Origin: Lingula anatina
Taxonomy: Eukaryota; Animalia; Brachiopoda
Length of the DNA stretch: 64,000 bases
NCBI GenBank assembly: GCA_051362555.1
Contig: CM120642.1
Location: forward strand, 23,002,001 to 23,066,000
Reading direction: 5' to 3'
Positions 26,580 through 39,670 of this stretch are shown piece by piece; the first letter of the stretch is position 1, and each line of letters opens with the position of its first letter. A model generated the notes under the pieces. The model did not search any database. It was not told where the DNA came from and was given only the letters and a program-made list of their open reading frames with translations. The position numbers and the translations under genes are program-made.

Positions 26580-27690
26580 ACTCTCAAATTCGGGCTTACA
26601 TACTTCACCAAATTCACGTGCAAGAATAAGGCAGAGATTTCAGCTAAAAAAATATACAGTTGACTTCCTTTATCAGTCGCCACACATACTTGTGTACCAA
26701 ACATCAAAATGTTGCGCTTCTCGCTAGAGCATTGAAAGCGACAGGAATACATGTCCCCCAGAATCCAGAACACTTTACAAAAGAAGACCATGTAATGGAA
26801 AAGGTAAGAGAAAACATGCCATTTCAGATTAAATTGCATCAGTGGAAGAGAGTAGCAGTGGAAGATAAAGGCAAAAAAATATATCACCAAAATTGTTGAA
26901 AACACATACGACAAGACTGCATTCCTCCAGTTATTTCAGACACAGGTAGATGATTTCCGTGGACACGTATTGCGTGTTGTAACGCAGTATGAAGAAATCC
27001 AGTGTTTGAAAAATAACCTTCACCCAAACCATGTCATTGTGCAAATGGACTTTGCAGAATACTATACTTGCAAATCGCTAGAAGTGCAGAGCACATATTT
27101 CAATCAAACCACCATTACCCTTCACCTGATCACTATGTATCATATTGGAGAGTAGGGTCAGATGAAATCCCACACAAATCTTCCAGGGTTATATCCTTTA
27201 TTTATGATGTTATGCAGCACTTGAAAGCCATAGTCCCCAACCTATCAACCATGCACTTACTGGACAGACAGTCCTACAAGCTAATATTGCAACAAGCAAG
27301 TTTTTGATTTTGTTGCAAACCATGAGCAAATACATAGCGTAAAGGCCTTTGGGAACTATTTTGAATTGAGTCATGGCAAAAACCCGTGTGAAGGACTGGG
27401 GGACACAAGCAAATGTCTCACCGTCGAGACCATGAGAAGCGGGCACATGTTAATTCAAGATGCATGGGATTTTAACAATTGGGCAGTGACATCTAACATG
27501 CATGTTAGTTTCCTTTATGTTAGCAGTGACCAATGTGGTGAAAATTCAAGAGAGCTAGAACAGATAAAACTCAAACCCATAAAGAGTACCATGAGAATCC
27601 ATTCCATGGCGAGTTTGGGAGGGTCAAAGATCAAAGTAGGGGACACTAGCTGTTACTTTAAGGACTGTTTGACAGATAACTAATGCGACA
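26580..27690 (+). pseudogene. DDD transposase pseudogene, Sola2-like
   Basis: LCTKHQN, VQMDFAEYYTC..EVQSTYFNQ..ITLH, DSPTS*YCNK, NYFELSHGKNPCEGLGDTSK motifs with stops and frameshifts. Superfamily assigned from recalled motif pattern. Confidence 0.7.
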
Positions 27691-29519
27691 ACTTGGGGTT
27701 GTCAACTGTAAGAGACCAAAATTGGAACAGCAGCCACAATGTTCTTTGTGTGGTGTCCAAATGCAGGAACACCAGAGGTACAGGAAGAAGTCTTGGTGAT
27801 CTGCTGCAAAGAGGCCCCCAGCTAGAACGGGAGCCCAGGCTGCCAGAGAGACTGCTCTTTTGCAGTCTTGGGCTCCAGTGTGCAGTCTCCTTGAGCAGGC
27901 AGACTGCAAAGGGGACTACAAATGAAACTGAAATAACGGACATCTTCAACATTGGGCCAATGTATGCAATAAACAACCCTATAGTTATTTAAAAAGTGTT
28001 TCTCTTCACAACTGAGAAGCACATGTGCTAATCTTGACCTCAATCTTTTGATCAGTAACTTATAGTTATCAGGCTTAAAAGAAAACTTTTACTAAGAGCT
28101 TGTCAAAATTACTTTAAAATTGTTTGCGTTAAAAGCAATTTTCGGCTTTATCCTCCAAGCTATATACATTCATATATAATAAACATGTACTTCACCTATA
28201 AAAAATAACTTGCTCAATCAGGTCAAATAACTATACATAGCACAGTTTAAGCAGGCAGAACATATAACCGTTGAGCTGTTTCAAAAATCTTAGCCAGAAG
28301 CTAGGTTAGGAATGTTCTAAGGAAGAGGCAAGAAATTTGAAAACATTGATTTCTGGATTGAAAAAAAATGACTTTTTTTTTTGAAAATTAGAAAGAAAAA
28401 TAAAGAGATAAAGAGACAGGATAAGAAGTGAGCATGCAAGTCTTTTGATTTTGTATTTTCCAATAATTTACTGATGCACCAGGATCCATAGAACCTTGAA
28501 AAGTGTTCAACTTTAGCCCAGCACTTTGAATTCTGTTTGTGGTTTTAAAAAGTACTTGAAATTGCTATTAGGCTAGAAAAAGGTTTGCATTTAACCAATT
28601 TGGTCCTTGTCAAAATATTATTTCAAACTTTGTTGTTTTTGACATGAACATAGACAATAATTCACAGATGGGGTAAATACCTTTTTAAACATCAATCTTT
28701 TTTTTAGGAATGATTAAATAATGTACAGTAGGTTTCTCAATCTTCTGCTAATATGGGCTTTGCAGAAAATATACATATGTAAAATAATAAACCAAAGTAA
28801 ATAGTATTCTTTATTAACTTTATTTAAAGAGAGTAAACATGTTAAGCGTAAGCTTATCTTCCACATGACCCTCTGTTACCAGTCATTCAACAATACTGGC
28901 TCAGTTCCCTACTTCAACCTTTATATGCTGAATGCTAAGCAAGGAAACAGTAGGTACCATATTATGATGGCCTTTAGTATGACCCGGCCGGGGATTCCCA
29001 AACAAAAATACTTCCTTGCAACAAGCTAGTCACAAGCTTGTGGCAAGCTAGTTTTACCCTTCGCAAGCTTGTTACAAGCAAGTTGGAAGCTTGTGCATGC
29101 TTGCATGAGGCTAGAAAGGATTTCTGCAAGCTTGCAAGATACTTTTGCAAGTTTGCAGAATTGATCTGCAAGCTTGTGAAATACTCTGCAAGCTTGCAGC
29201 GGGCAATGAAGGCTTTCTGCAAGCTTGCATGATATTTTTGCAGGCTTGCAGAACACTCTGCAAGCTTGCAGTTGGTCAGGGAGGTTTTCTGCAAGCATGC
29301 AAGATATTTTTGCAAGCTTACAGAACACTATTCAAGCTTGTAATTAATAATTAAGCTTGTGATGACACTTTCTGCAAGCTTGCATGAATTTTTGCAAGCT
29401 AGGAAATCTGAACAAGCATCTGGGAATTTTAATTTCAGCAAACTTGGAGGTAAAATGTTAATATGATGAGCCTCTAGAAAGAGGTGAAAGTACTAGAGGA
29501 CCATATATTCTTTGATTTT

Positions 29520-29558
<39 letters not shown>

Positions 29559-29906
29559 AGGAAATTACTGGGCTTTCCTAAAATCTGAACAAATGGCCGG
29601 ACGAAAAATCCGGAATTTTCAGGGGTTTAATGAAACAGAAACAAAAAGATTGTTACAAAGTTTTACGATGCTTAAAATGTCATTTGAAACGTTATGATTT
29701 GTGTATAAGGTTTTATCTTAATCTTTTCATAGACCAGATAATTTACATATTAGAGTCTTTATTACATTACATGTACAGTTCACGGAAGAAATGACCGCAG
29801 CGCCACCTATGGCGCGTAGACAAAGCGCTCGTACGCATGCGCGGAAATGTCGTCTGCTCTAATCCGCTGCATCAAATTCAAACTGCGAGCTCGAGAATAC
29901 AAAAAA

Positions 29907-30090
29907 ATGGAAGAAAACACCGCGAATCTCTTTTGTTGGTTCGACTGGGATGACAATACAACTAGCGTCAACAGTATAAAAATTATCAAAGAACCGAGAA
30001 AAGGCTTTCTTGAATACAAAAAAGGTGACGAAGTTGTAGCAAAGCTACCGAAATTTGGACTGCGGAAAGGTGTCATCGTAGAAATTGGCG
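29907..30090 (+). pseudogene. Orphan first coding exon of the CACTA accessory gene (resembles N-termini of BEN-domain TE proteins)
   Basis: MEENTANLFCWFDWDDNTTSVNSIKIIKEPRK...GDEVVAKLPKFGLRKGVIVEIG followed by GTAAGT, preceded by a CpG-rich promoter-like patch. Downstream exons not seen. Confidence 0.5.
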
Positions 30091-30387
30091 GTAAGTTTTC
30101 CTTTGTTAAACAACATACATTTTTCTAATTTAATCGTCAGTTGAGAATACACCGATATTTTTTAGAAGTATTTTATGAATGAAGTTCAAAGAATTTTTTT
30201 TTCATGCTGAAACTAGTATTGTCTGTGAGCTTAAAATCGTCATTGAGGTAGAATGTAGGTCTCCTGCATTCCGTGCCGTCTTGAGAAACTGATAATGTAA
30301 TTTTGTTACTTATTGTTACTTATTGTTGCTTTCCAACACAGGTCCCAGATGGTCCTCTTCGTTGGACTCAATAACTTGACTTCCGGT

Positions 30388-31582
30388 TGTTTTCAAGGTG
30401 TGACTTTGAAGTTCCATGGGCCTGAAGACCTTAGCCAGTCACATTTTCTGAATACCTATGATACATATATTTTATCATTAAAAATTGGTAGTCATTATGC
30501 TGTCAAGCATTATGAAATATTGCGTCAAAATTGAAGAAAAGCCTATTTTAGGCACTGCCGCCATAGTGACCCTTAGAGGAAAACCATGCCACTTACTGTT
30601 CTCAAACTCTCAAACAAGAAAGAAACGTGATTAAAATACAACTTCAGTTGTAAATGCTGTCTGTTTTGGTATATTTTTCTGTAAGCTACACATTTTTAGT
30701 GCAAATTTAATTTCTCACATGTTGGCATTTTCAAGGTGTGATTTTGAATCTCCATGGGCTTGAAGGCCTTTGCTAGTCACATTTTCTGAATATCCATGCT
30801 GCTAATATTTTATTAACAATTGATGGTCATTTTGCTGTTAAGCATTATGTAATATTGCATCAAAATAGAATAAAATGCAATTTTGGGTGCTGCTGCCATG
30901 ATGACCATTATGGGAAAACCATGTTACTTATGATTGTCAAACTTATAAAAAAGAAACACAGGACTAAAATGCAGTCTGAGTTGGTAAAGCAGTCTAATTG
31001 GCTTCTTTTCCTGGAAGTTATACATTTTGATGAAATATTCATTTTTATTGTATTGGCATATTCATTGTGGGTCTCAGAGCTCCCAAGGGCATGAAGCGGA
31101 TTGGTAATCAAATTTTGTACATGTCCATGCTATTTATAGTCAATAATCAAAAATTGGTGATAATTATTTTGTAATTTATTATGTAATGTTACATCTTCTT
31201 TTTGCACTGCTACCACAAACATTATGAAGAGAAAACTGTGTTACTTATTATTATTTTTAACTTACAAGAATGATTTTTAGGATTAGCATGCAGCTCAAAT
31301 TAGAAAGCCAACTCAAGTGGGTAATATCATTTATTATTGAATTTATGCAATTTTGTGTGAAATTTTCATTTTCCTCATTCTGGCATTTTCAAAGTGTGAA
31401 CGAGAACTCTCGTTGGCCCTGAAGCCTTCTGCTTGTTACATATTTTACTTACATCGGTATTACCTGCTCAGCATAATTAGAATTTGATGTTGAATTTGCA
31501 GTGAAGCATATGTACTTTTGCATCAGAATTTACAGTTACTGAAGCCTATTTTGTGCATTGTTATTTTTTGCTTTTCTGTACA
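30388..31582 (+). mobile_element. HINE-family fragment (inverted, diverged copy of ~21110-22320) nested in the CACTA element
   Basis: TTTTCAAGGTGTGACTTTGAAGTTCCATGG and GAATTTGATGTTGAATTTGCAGTGAAGCAT are reverse complements of the 21-22 kb sequence. Confidence 0.85.
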
Positions 31583-31985
31583 TTACACTACTTAATAGAT
31601 TTACATGCTTGTATATATATTATATTACATTTTTTTTTTTAAATTTTCCTCATTGTTGGTAGATAAAGGGACACTTGCTTGTAATGTTATCCAGAAATTA
31701 ATCATTACACTACTTAATAGATTTATATGCTTGTATATATATTACATTTTTAAAAAATTTTCCTCATTGTTGGTAGATAAAGGGACACTTGCTTGTTATG
31801 TTATCCAGAAATTATTACACTACTTAATAGATGCTTGTATATATATTACATTTTTTTTCAATTTTTCTCATTGATGGTAAATAAAAGGAACACTTGCTTG
31901 TAATATTTTCCAGAAATTAATCACTACACTACTTAATAGATTTGTATGCTTGTATATATCAACTTTTTTTTTCAATTTTCCTTGT
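31582..31985. repeat. Tandem repeat, ~110-120-bp unit, ~3.5 copies
   Basis: TACACTACTTAATAGAT recurs at ~31584, 31706, 31816 and 31925. Confidence 0.85.
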
Positions 31986-33970
31986 TGTTAGTAATTCAAA
32001 TTACTATTCATTTTCTGTACAATAATCTAGATAATAGATGAGTGAAACCTCATACTCAGTAGTTATTTGTGTCAATTTTGTATGCAGTTAACCTTTAAAA
32101 TAGTTTCAGTGTGCTTGCAGTTAAGCTTTGTGCAAGCTTGCAGTTTTGCTTTCTGCAAGCTTGCAGTTTAGTTTGCCACAAGCTTGCAGTTTGGCTTGCT
32201 GCAAACTTGCGGTTTGACCTGTCGCAAGCTTGCAGTTTGGTCTGCTGCAAGCTTGTGGTTTTAGCTTGCCGCGAGGTTTCAATTACTAGCTCGTCGCGAG
32301 GTTCCAATTCCGAGCTTGCAAATTAAGCTTGCCGCAAGCTTGCAGTTTGGCTTGCTGCAAGCTTGCGGTTTGGCCTGTCGCAAGCTTGCAGTTTGGCCTG
32401 CTGCAAGCTTGCGGTTTTAGCTTGCCGCGAGGTTTCAATTACTAGCTCGTCGCGAGGTTCCAATTCCGAGCTTGCGAATCAAGCTTGCCGCAAGCTTGCA
32501 ATAGCAATGAATTGCAAGCTTGCCATTTTTGTTTGGGTTGAACCCACAACCTACTGCACCTGAGGCGAGCACTCTTCCATTTGAGCCATCTGGTCAGTAT
32601 GGAGAGAAATAAACCAATATGTTAGATAAATGGATCAGATAACATACATTTTATGATTTAAGGAAAATTTTGTACTTAGATTTGAACTTACATACTTTGG
32701 AAAAGATTATTACCAGATTTCTTTTGATAAATGTAATTATTGTTTGAATATATACATGTTTGAGTTGAAAAAAAAAGAAAAGAAAGATTTTTGCCAAATT
32801 TTATTTTGCTAAGCAAACTGCTAGGGAGAATGCAGAGTAGACTGCCAGAGGGGCTGCCAAGCAGACTGCTGGGGGGACTGGCAGCCCTGGCAATGCATTC
32901 CAAAAATGCAAATTAAGACTGCTAAGGGGACTTTCTCCATACTTAAGGATACCTGCAAAAGAGACTGCAGCCGGAGCAGGACCTCTAGGGAGACTGCAAA
33001 GCAGGCTCCATGGGGGACTGCAAAGGAAATGCTTTTGCAGCTGGGCCGGTCCACATCGAAAGGTCTGCGGGACAGGGCATTTAACAGCTACGAGGAATTT
33101 ACCAGGTAGGTGGATCTGTTGCTTAGTTAGTTTTGTAGTAATTTATTTGTCAGCTTTTTTATATTAAATTTCCAATGAAGCAGTACAAGAAAATTCACTG
33201 GTACTTTTTTGTGCACAGTAAATGAGTTGTGGTAATGCTCTGTATTATGTACAGACTCATCTCCCCCCCCTCTTCTAAACCTAGACGCATTCTCACCAGA
33301 TTGCTCAACATGAGATTTTTGCTAAGGTATTTCTGTCGTTTCCTCTATAGCCACTGGAAAGCATGCATCTTTGAGGTCAATCGATGCCATATAGCAGTTT
33401 TGTTTCATCATTCTGATAGCACTTAAAAGTGATTCCATTTAAAAATGTTTATATTCCACAAAGGTATTTAATTTACTCAAGTTCAAAATTAATCAATTTT
33501 TCTTTTCTCTCACAAAAATGTTTGATATAAATTCACCTTCCACATGTTCACAGTCAATAATAACTCCTTTCAAGACAGCTTTGAGATGTACCACCACAAG
33601 AGAAGTAGTGACATCGCTGGTGGGACGAGAAATGGCCTGTGATCAAAGAAAATTCAGGACGCTCTTATGACATTCATTTTTTCAGGACCCACGCTAATTT
33701 TTGATTGGAAATGTCAAGATCCCCCTCGAATTTTTGCTTAAACATTTCAACACCTCACACCTAGAAAATCTTAACCCAACCCCTTTTCCCCTTAAATAAT
33801 TACTAATATAATTTGTCATATCACATGTCATATCACAGGGTCCCACACATGGTTACAGTTTCTTGTTTTAAGAAAATGGCATCGAACGCAATGCACAAAT
33901 ATTGTCAAAATATTTACGAAATTTGAAAAGGCAGCAAAAGAGTGTTCCTGCAAAATTATTACAGAGGGAT

Positions 33971-34005
<35 letters not shown>

Positions 34006-35944
34006 GAAGCCAGTAATGCCCCCGACAGCTTAACGAGAAGACTCACACAAGGGAAATAATATGCATTGTCACTGTCTGACATTAGGCTAAACACAAAGAG
34101 GATGTTCCTGCAAAATTATTACAGAGGGAGGGCATATCTATATGCTCTATATTAATGAAGCCATTGTTGCCCCCAACCCTAGGGTTTAAAATTGGTTTGG
34201 GGAGAGAAAAACAGGCATCAATTTACAGGGGGTGATAAAATCCTTAAAAAAAAATTAAAATAAAACATGTGACCAAAATAGTTACATTTTTCTTAAGGTT
34301 TACTGACACAGTAACCTGTTGCTGTTATTAGATCTATAGATATTTATAACACCACCAGTAGCTGACTGTTTTATATACAATGAAGCAGCTTGATATAGGA
34401 AGGTGACGTAATGCCTGGGAGAGGGGGGGGGGAGGTGTCATGTTTGCCACTTTTTCATTGATTGAAATGAAACAAAGGTGGACATTACTCCAAAATTATC
34501 GTGCCGTCTATCTACAACATGAATTGTTACAGAAGATTTTTGAGAAGTAAAGTCAAAGGTTCAACTGAGCAAACAAAGTCAAATATTGGCCAGTGTTCTG
34601 CTCTCTCTCTGTCCTGAAAGTGAACGGTCAGACTGTGCATGGTAGCAGACCCAGTCCTGAAATGTCAGCTGTATCTTGGATGACACTAGAGAAATTTCTG
34701 GAAAAATGGACAACCTACAGTTATTTCCACTGGTTTGAATATAAATTTCTATACTGTTTGGATATATGCGTGCGGCAACTTTTATTAATTCAAGACATGC
34801 TGAAAATTTCCGGACGCCAGCCCTTGACTCACCAATCTGGGAGTTAGGCGGACTATAATTTTGGACTCACCTAGTGAAACTTTCTTACGAAATATTTAAT
34901 TTCTCAAACTCTGTAATTTCACCTGAAATAAAAAAAATAAAACAAGCCATTATCATCTTCACTCACTAAAAAACGATGGGGCAGCCATATTGAATAGAAA
35001 CGCAGTATATGGTAGGCATGCAGCATTTACTGTCAGCTGAATGGTCATAATTGAGGCACAGAAAACATGTGGTGTGCTATTTGTGTGAGGATGGAGGTTG
35101 CATGAAACTTATTTTTTTTCCGTCTACAATTACTCATGGAATAAACCTTCAAAATGACCAGTTCAGTAGTGTTTTTGAACCCTTAAACATGCATTGTAAT
35201 AAGTACTGGCGTATACTCCAGTTTCTGGTTGCTGCGGCCATGAATCTCTCGCTGTGAGAATCAGCAAGATCAGTTTGTTTGGGTAATAAAAGCACATGTG
35301 CGAGCATAGAAAATAATGGCATCGGCTGGAGGGTTAAATGTTTTATCGTTAAACGAGGATGAAATATATAAAATTGTGTCAATGTGGAGCGTAGAAGCAT
35401 TGAAGAAATATCTTAGAAGACGAGAGCTTTCAACAGTAGGAAAAAAAGAAATGTTAGTGGCCAAGGTAAGTCCAACGAAACACCTCTTATATTTGCTACT
35501 CAGGAAACTTAGTGCACTGAAATTTTAAGTAACTATCATTAATGAATTATGTGTGGTATTATTCCAACTTAGGTTAATATGTAAAACTGCTTAGCATAGA
35601 GTTACAGAACTCTGTATGTGAAATTTCAGAGTAAATTGTTTCTAATACCCTTTAATCCTAAAATTAGAATAATAAACTGCACATACCTACACTCGGCTAT
35701 CGATCAGCTATGGTAAAGACCCAATGATTTTCAAGCTTTGATTTAAGTAATTACAGACTATATTATGTATTTAACATTTTCTTAATACAAGTACAGCTCT
35801 TTATTACAGTGAAATACTACAAAGTCTCACAAATGGCTTGTATTTTTTAGGTTTATGCAGCTGCATTAGCCAATGTCCCAGTAACTAAATGTGCCACTGA
35901 AAGAGCTGAAGAAATTAGTAGGACATGTCAATCCTAGCTAGTGA

Positions 35945-38031
35945 TGTAGATTGCTTCGGCCCTTTCCCAGTAAGAAGAGGAAGATCTGAGTTAAAACATT
36001 ATGGGTGTATCTTCACCTGCCTCACGACACGAGCAATACACATAGAAATACTTGAGAGTCTTGACACAGACTCCTTCCTCAATGGACTCAGAAGGTTCAT
36101 AGCAAGATGAGGAGAGCCAAGGACGATCACCTCAGACAATGGAGGTAATTTCATAAGCGGAAATAAAGAATTGTCACGGGAGATGGATAAGAAAAAAATA
36201 ACTGGAAACCTTCTGAAAAAAGGAATCATTTGGAAATTCAATCCACCATTGTCAAGCCACATGGGTGGCATATGGGAAAGACAAATTCGAAACATAAGAA
36301 AGACGTTGACCTCTCTCATGCGAGAGCAGACACTGACCTACGAAACCTTGCACACCTTGATGTGTGAAGTCGAGGCAATATTGAACAATAGACCCATCAC
36401 TCCAGTCAGTGAAGATCCAAATGATCTGAAGGCACTAAAACCCGCTCAACTACTCATGCTGAATGATGGACCTCTCCTGCCTCCATGTGTTACAGAACAG
36501 AAGGACATTTACAGAAGACGCTGTCGCCAGGTACAATGCTTGGCAGACACCTTTTGGCGACGATGGACCAAACAATATTTGCCGGAATTACAACGTCGAA
36601 TGAAGTGGCACACAGCATCACCAAATCTGTCTGTAGGAGATTTGGTACTACTGGTGGAAGAAAATATGCCAAGGAATCTCTGGCCTTTGGGCAGAATAGT
36701 GCAAGTAAACCCAGGAGATGACGGACTTGTGCGTTCCGTCAAGTTAAAGACAAGATCAACAGTCTTAACATGACCAGTAACCAAGATAGTAGTATTGGAA
36801 GGGAAGCTTTACTAGTTTTAAATTTATGACAAATTTAATGGCGGGATTGTAACATTTTTATAATGTTAGAGTAGTTCAATTTAGTCAGTTACCCTTAGCT
36901 ACAAACACAGGCTATCAAGTCCAGGTATCAGATGTCCAGCAGCTGAGCTGGAGTGCTTAACCCACTTTAAGTGCAAATGGTCATCAAAAGCTAATCAATC
37001 AATTGTCAAAGATACGCGTTTTTGGGAGTAGAAGCAGTTCCACCCATTAGAGAAAAAATCCAACAATTTTACAAGTCAAAACAGATCATCTAAGTTTATC
37101 TTTATGAAAATTGAATAGGCAACGACACCAAGATACCAATATTTTATATCTTAATGAAATTTTAAAGGTATATTTTAATGATAGACAACTAACACCCTCA
37201 GTGCTTTGTTCTCTGAGCATGCCACATGGTTTAAACTGAACTTGCTTCTACAGATAAATTTTATGTACATTTCTACCTGATTTTCTTCTTATAAAGTGCA
37301 CATGATTAACATCAAAGGTTATATAATTATTACTTGTCACAGCATTTTCTAGAAAAGTTAGTAAAAAAGCAATTTAATTAGTTTATCAGGTTTTAAGTAG
37401 CATCATATTCATTTTCTTTTTAGATTGAAAGTTATTGTAAGTAGAATTAAATGTATGTTTGCTAAAGAACATATCTATTCTATAGGACAACTTAGAGAGA
37501 TTACGTGCACAAGGGCAAAAGGGTCCAAAGTTGTGAGTGTTAAACTGTATTTACTGGTTTATTTAGATTAGCGACATGTTATTAATATTCCATATTTTAT
37601 GTTACAAATATTATATTAGAATTAATTTCTTATATTTTGATATATTTCTATGTCACTACATTCATGGTGTGTTAAATGATTCAATTTAATTAACTGAGTA
37701 GTGTCATGTTACAAGTTGAGTGTTATTGTTTACTTTGAACCACTAGTAAGTGTAGGCTGTGTGTACAAATTGTCACATATAATATTCTCCAGTCAGTCTG
37801 AGTACAGTCAAGACGTGTTAGTTTAAGACAATGTAACAAGGTCAGAAAATTGGTTAGACATTTTATTTTTCTTTGATTTTTGTTTAATTATTTTATTATT
37901 TCAGATTCACGGTAATTTGGTATTAAAATACTTCGGTATTCTGGTACTACCTATCAGTGAATAAAGGTTCCATCATCTAGTTACATCATCTTGTTACGTC
38001 ATCATTTCGACAAATGCACGCAAACTCTACA
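35945..38031 (+). mobile_element. 5'-truncated BEL/Pao retrotransposon (integrase + 3' LTR) with 5-bp TSD AGTGA
   Basis: [47 protein letters not shown]...DDGLVRSV. TSD at 35940-35944 and 38032-38036. Confidence 0.9.
36848..38031 (+). repeat. BEL 3' LTR (~1184 bp)
   Basis: Starts TGTAAC after the purine-rich tract GGCGGGAT, AATAAA at 37960, ends TCTACA at the TSD. Confidence 0.8.
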
Positions 38032-38929
38032 AGTGATAGAGGATTCCAGACCCATTCATGGTGGATTCTTGGACAGGAGAACCAAAGAGCATCGGGTCAT
38101 GGCCTCCCATCACAATCTATGACATTTCTGAATTTTTAGAAGAACATGATGTAGCTATATCAAATGCCAGTTTAAGAAAATGTCTGTTGAGGGACTATAA
38201 AGAGCAGAAAGCTTACTCATACTTTGCCTCCAAATGAAACATTTCAATGTCCCAAATTCTACTATTATATTATTAAGAGCAAATATCACTGTCTCTCAAA
38301 GGCTAAATGACCCACCACACCAGGCCTGGATTGCAAGCAGTAAGGATGGCAAAATATTGAGGGCCTATTGTACAGGAGTGTAATTATGTGGCTGCCATTT
38401 TGTTTAAAGTAGAGTATGGGTGGAGATCTGGGCTATGCCAGCCAGCTTGTACATCCAAAGAATGTGTTTGACGAGCACCAAAGCAGTCAAAGGCCATCTT
38501 GACCCCAAAAAGAATACAAGATATGGCTTGGAAGTCTTCCTCTATGGCAAATAAAGGTATTGGCCATTGGTCAACTTATTAAATTCCCTTTGTGCTAACA
38601 GACAACAATGTGCCCTAACAAGAAGTGCCGAGGCAAAAGACTTTAAGCCGTGTCTAACACTGTTAACAATGAGAGACTGAAAGTGGAAGAGACAGCAATT
38701 GAAGAGGCACAAAGGCAGCTTAGGACCACTGGGTCTGCTAATTCTAGCAGGATAGACCATTACTTGGGATGGCTTGTCCTTCCTTTTGGGAAATATTTTA
38801 ATATTTTGTAAAGGTAAGAATTAGTGGACTTCATGTATATCTTTATTTTCATATTTACATTTAGAACAACTATGTCCTCAGGCAGATTCACATCCCACTC
38901 CCATCCCACCAGCTTGGTCACCAGCCAAC

Positions 38930-39285
38930 TTGCTGAAGACTTGAACTACACACTGCGGATAGCACTTGCAAAAAACACAGCAAGGATCTACTCCAAGACC
39001 AACTGACTATTAGCCAAATTCCAACAACAGACAGGTTTCAGTGCTTTCCCATCCAACCCAACAGGCACTTGACTTTGTTCACTCAATTCCTAAGTTCACG
39101 TTACAAGACATCCTCAATTAGAATGCATATATCAGCTCTAAGTTACAAATATAAAATGGCTAATATTCCCAACCCAACTGCCTCTTTCATTGTTAAGCAA
39201 ACCCTACAAGGTATGGATAGAAGAACCCCATCTATGGATACAAGGTCTCCAGTGACACTAGCAGTACTAGCCAGTCTTCGTTGTG
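38930..39285 (+). pseudogene. DIRS-type tyrosine recombinase N-terminal fragment
   Basis: ALAKNTARIY...LFTQFL..YKTSSIRMHISALSYKYKMANIPNPTASFIVKQTLQGMDRR...DTRSPVTLAVL. Confidence 0.8.
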
Positions 39286-39670
39286 GCATGAAATTGAGAT
39301 TTTTCTTTTATATAAAATGTACACATTAGCATGTCAATTCCTTTTTCTTTTTTCATAGATGTGTCACGAGGGGAGATTTCTCCACATCTGCCTCCAGGTG
39401 GCGCAGGCTGTCCAATCGTTGCATTGCTGTAATATCTTGCACAATGACTTAAATACCGACAACTTGATGGTCCAGATTCTATCACAGAAACATCACTTGT
39501 TTAGTCTTTTTGATAGAGAGAAAAGGGATATTATGTGATCTTGGAAGTTTTGTAATAATGTATTGGAAGAAGGTATCTTCTATTTAAAATGTATGCTGTA
39601 AGCATTTCTTTTTCTGTTTGATTCAGTAATAAATATTCTAATAATATTATCATTATAAATCTTATTTGCA

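Larger units (their letters stand above)
28997..32537 (+). mobile_element. Non-autonomous CACTA/EnSpm-type element
   Basis: 13-bp TIR CCCAAACAAAAAT / ATTTTTGTTTGGG, 2-bp TSD TT, dense subterminal GCAAGCTTGC palindromes at 29015-29400 and 32110-32523. Confidence 0.88.
28850..32595 (-). mobile_element. tRNA-derived MetaSINE-like element split by a CACTA insertion (pieces ~32595-32540 and 28996-~28850)
   Basis: Rejoined - strand: TGGCTCAAATGG (A box)...GGGTTCAA|TCCCC (B box) GGCCGGGTCATACTAAAG...TGGTACCTACTGTTTCCTTGCTTAGCATTCAGCAT, resembling the Meta core domain. Confidence 0.75.
35316..38530 (+). pseudogene. SAP + SWIM zinc-finger gene of an ISL2EU/YqaJ-type DNA transposon, interrupted by BEL
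   Basis: Exon 35316-35465 LKKYLRRRELSTVGKKEMLVAK, exon from 35852 VYAAA...QS*LV, resuming at 38032 IPDPF..W..WPPIT..DYKEQKAYSYF..SQRLNDPPHQAWI..AYCT..CNYVAAILFKVE..ACTSKEC. Confidence 0.75.
34588..39500 (+). pseudogene. Inverted pseudogene copy of the 54-56 kb kinase (exon-2 end 34588-34732, exon-3 start 39359-~39500)
   Basis: TLEKFLEKWTTYSYFH plus intron start, then intron end plus CVTR..FLHICLQVAQAVQSLHCCNILHNDLNTDNLMVQILSQKHH. Same splice sites as the intact gene; frameshifts and K>N in the catalytic loop. Confidence 0.88.

Noticed and set aside
28974-29354. Overlapping Cys/Lys/Leu-rich ORFs (also 32095-32563)
   Set aside because: Artefacts of the GCAAGCTTGC subterminal repeats.
32540-32595. 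tRNA gene
   Set aside because: It is the head of a SINE that continues into a SINE core beyond the CACTA insertion; no full cloverleaf.
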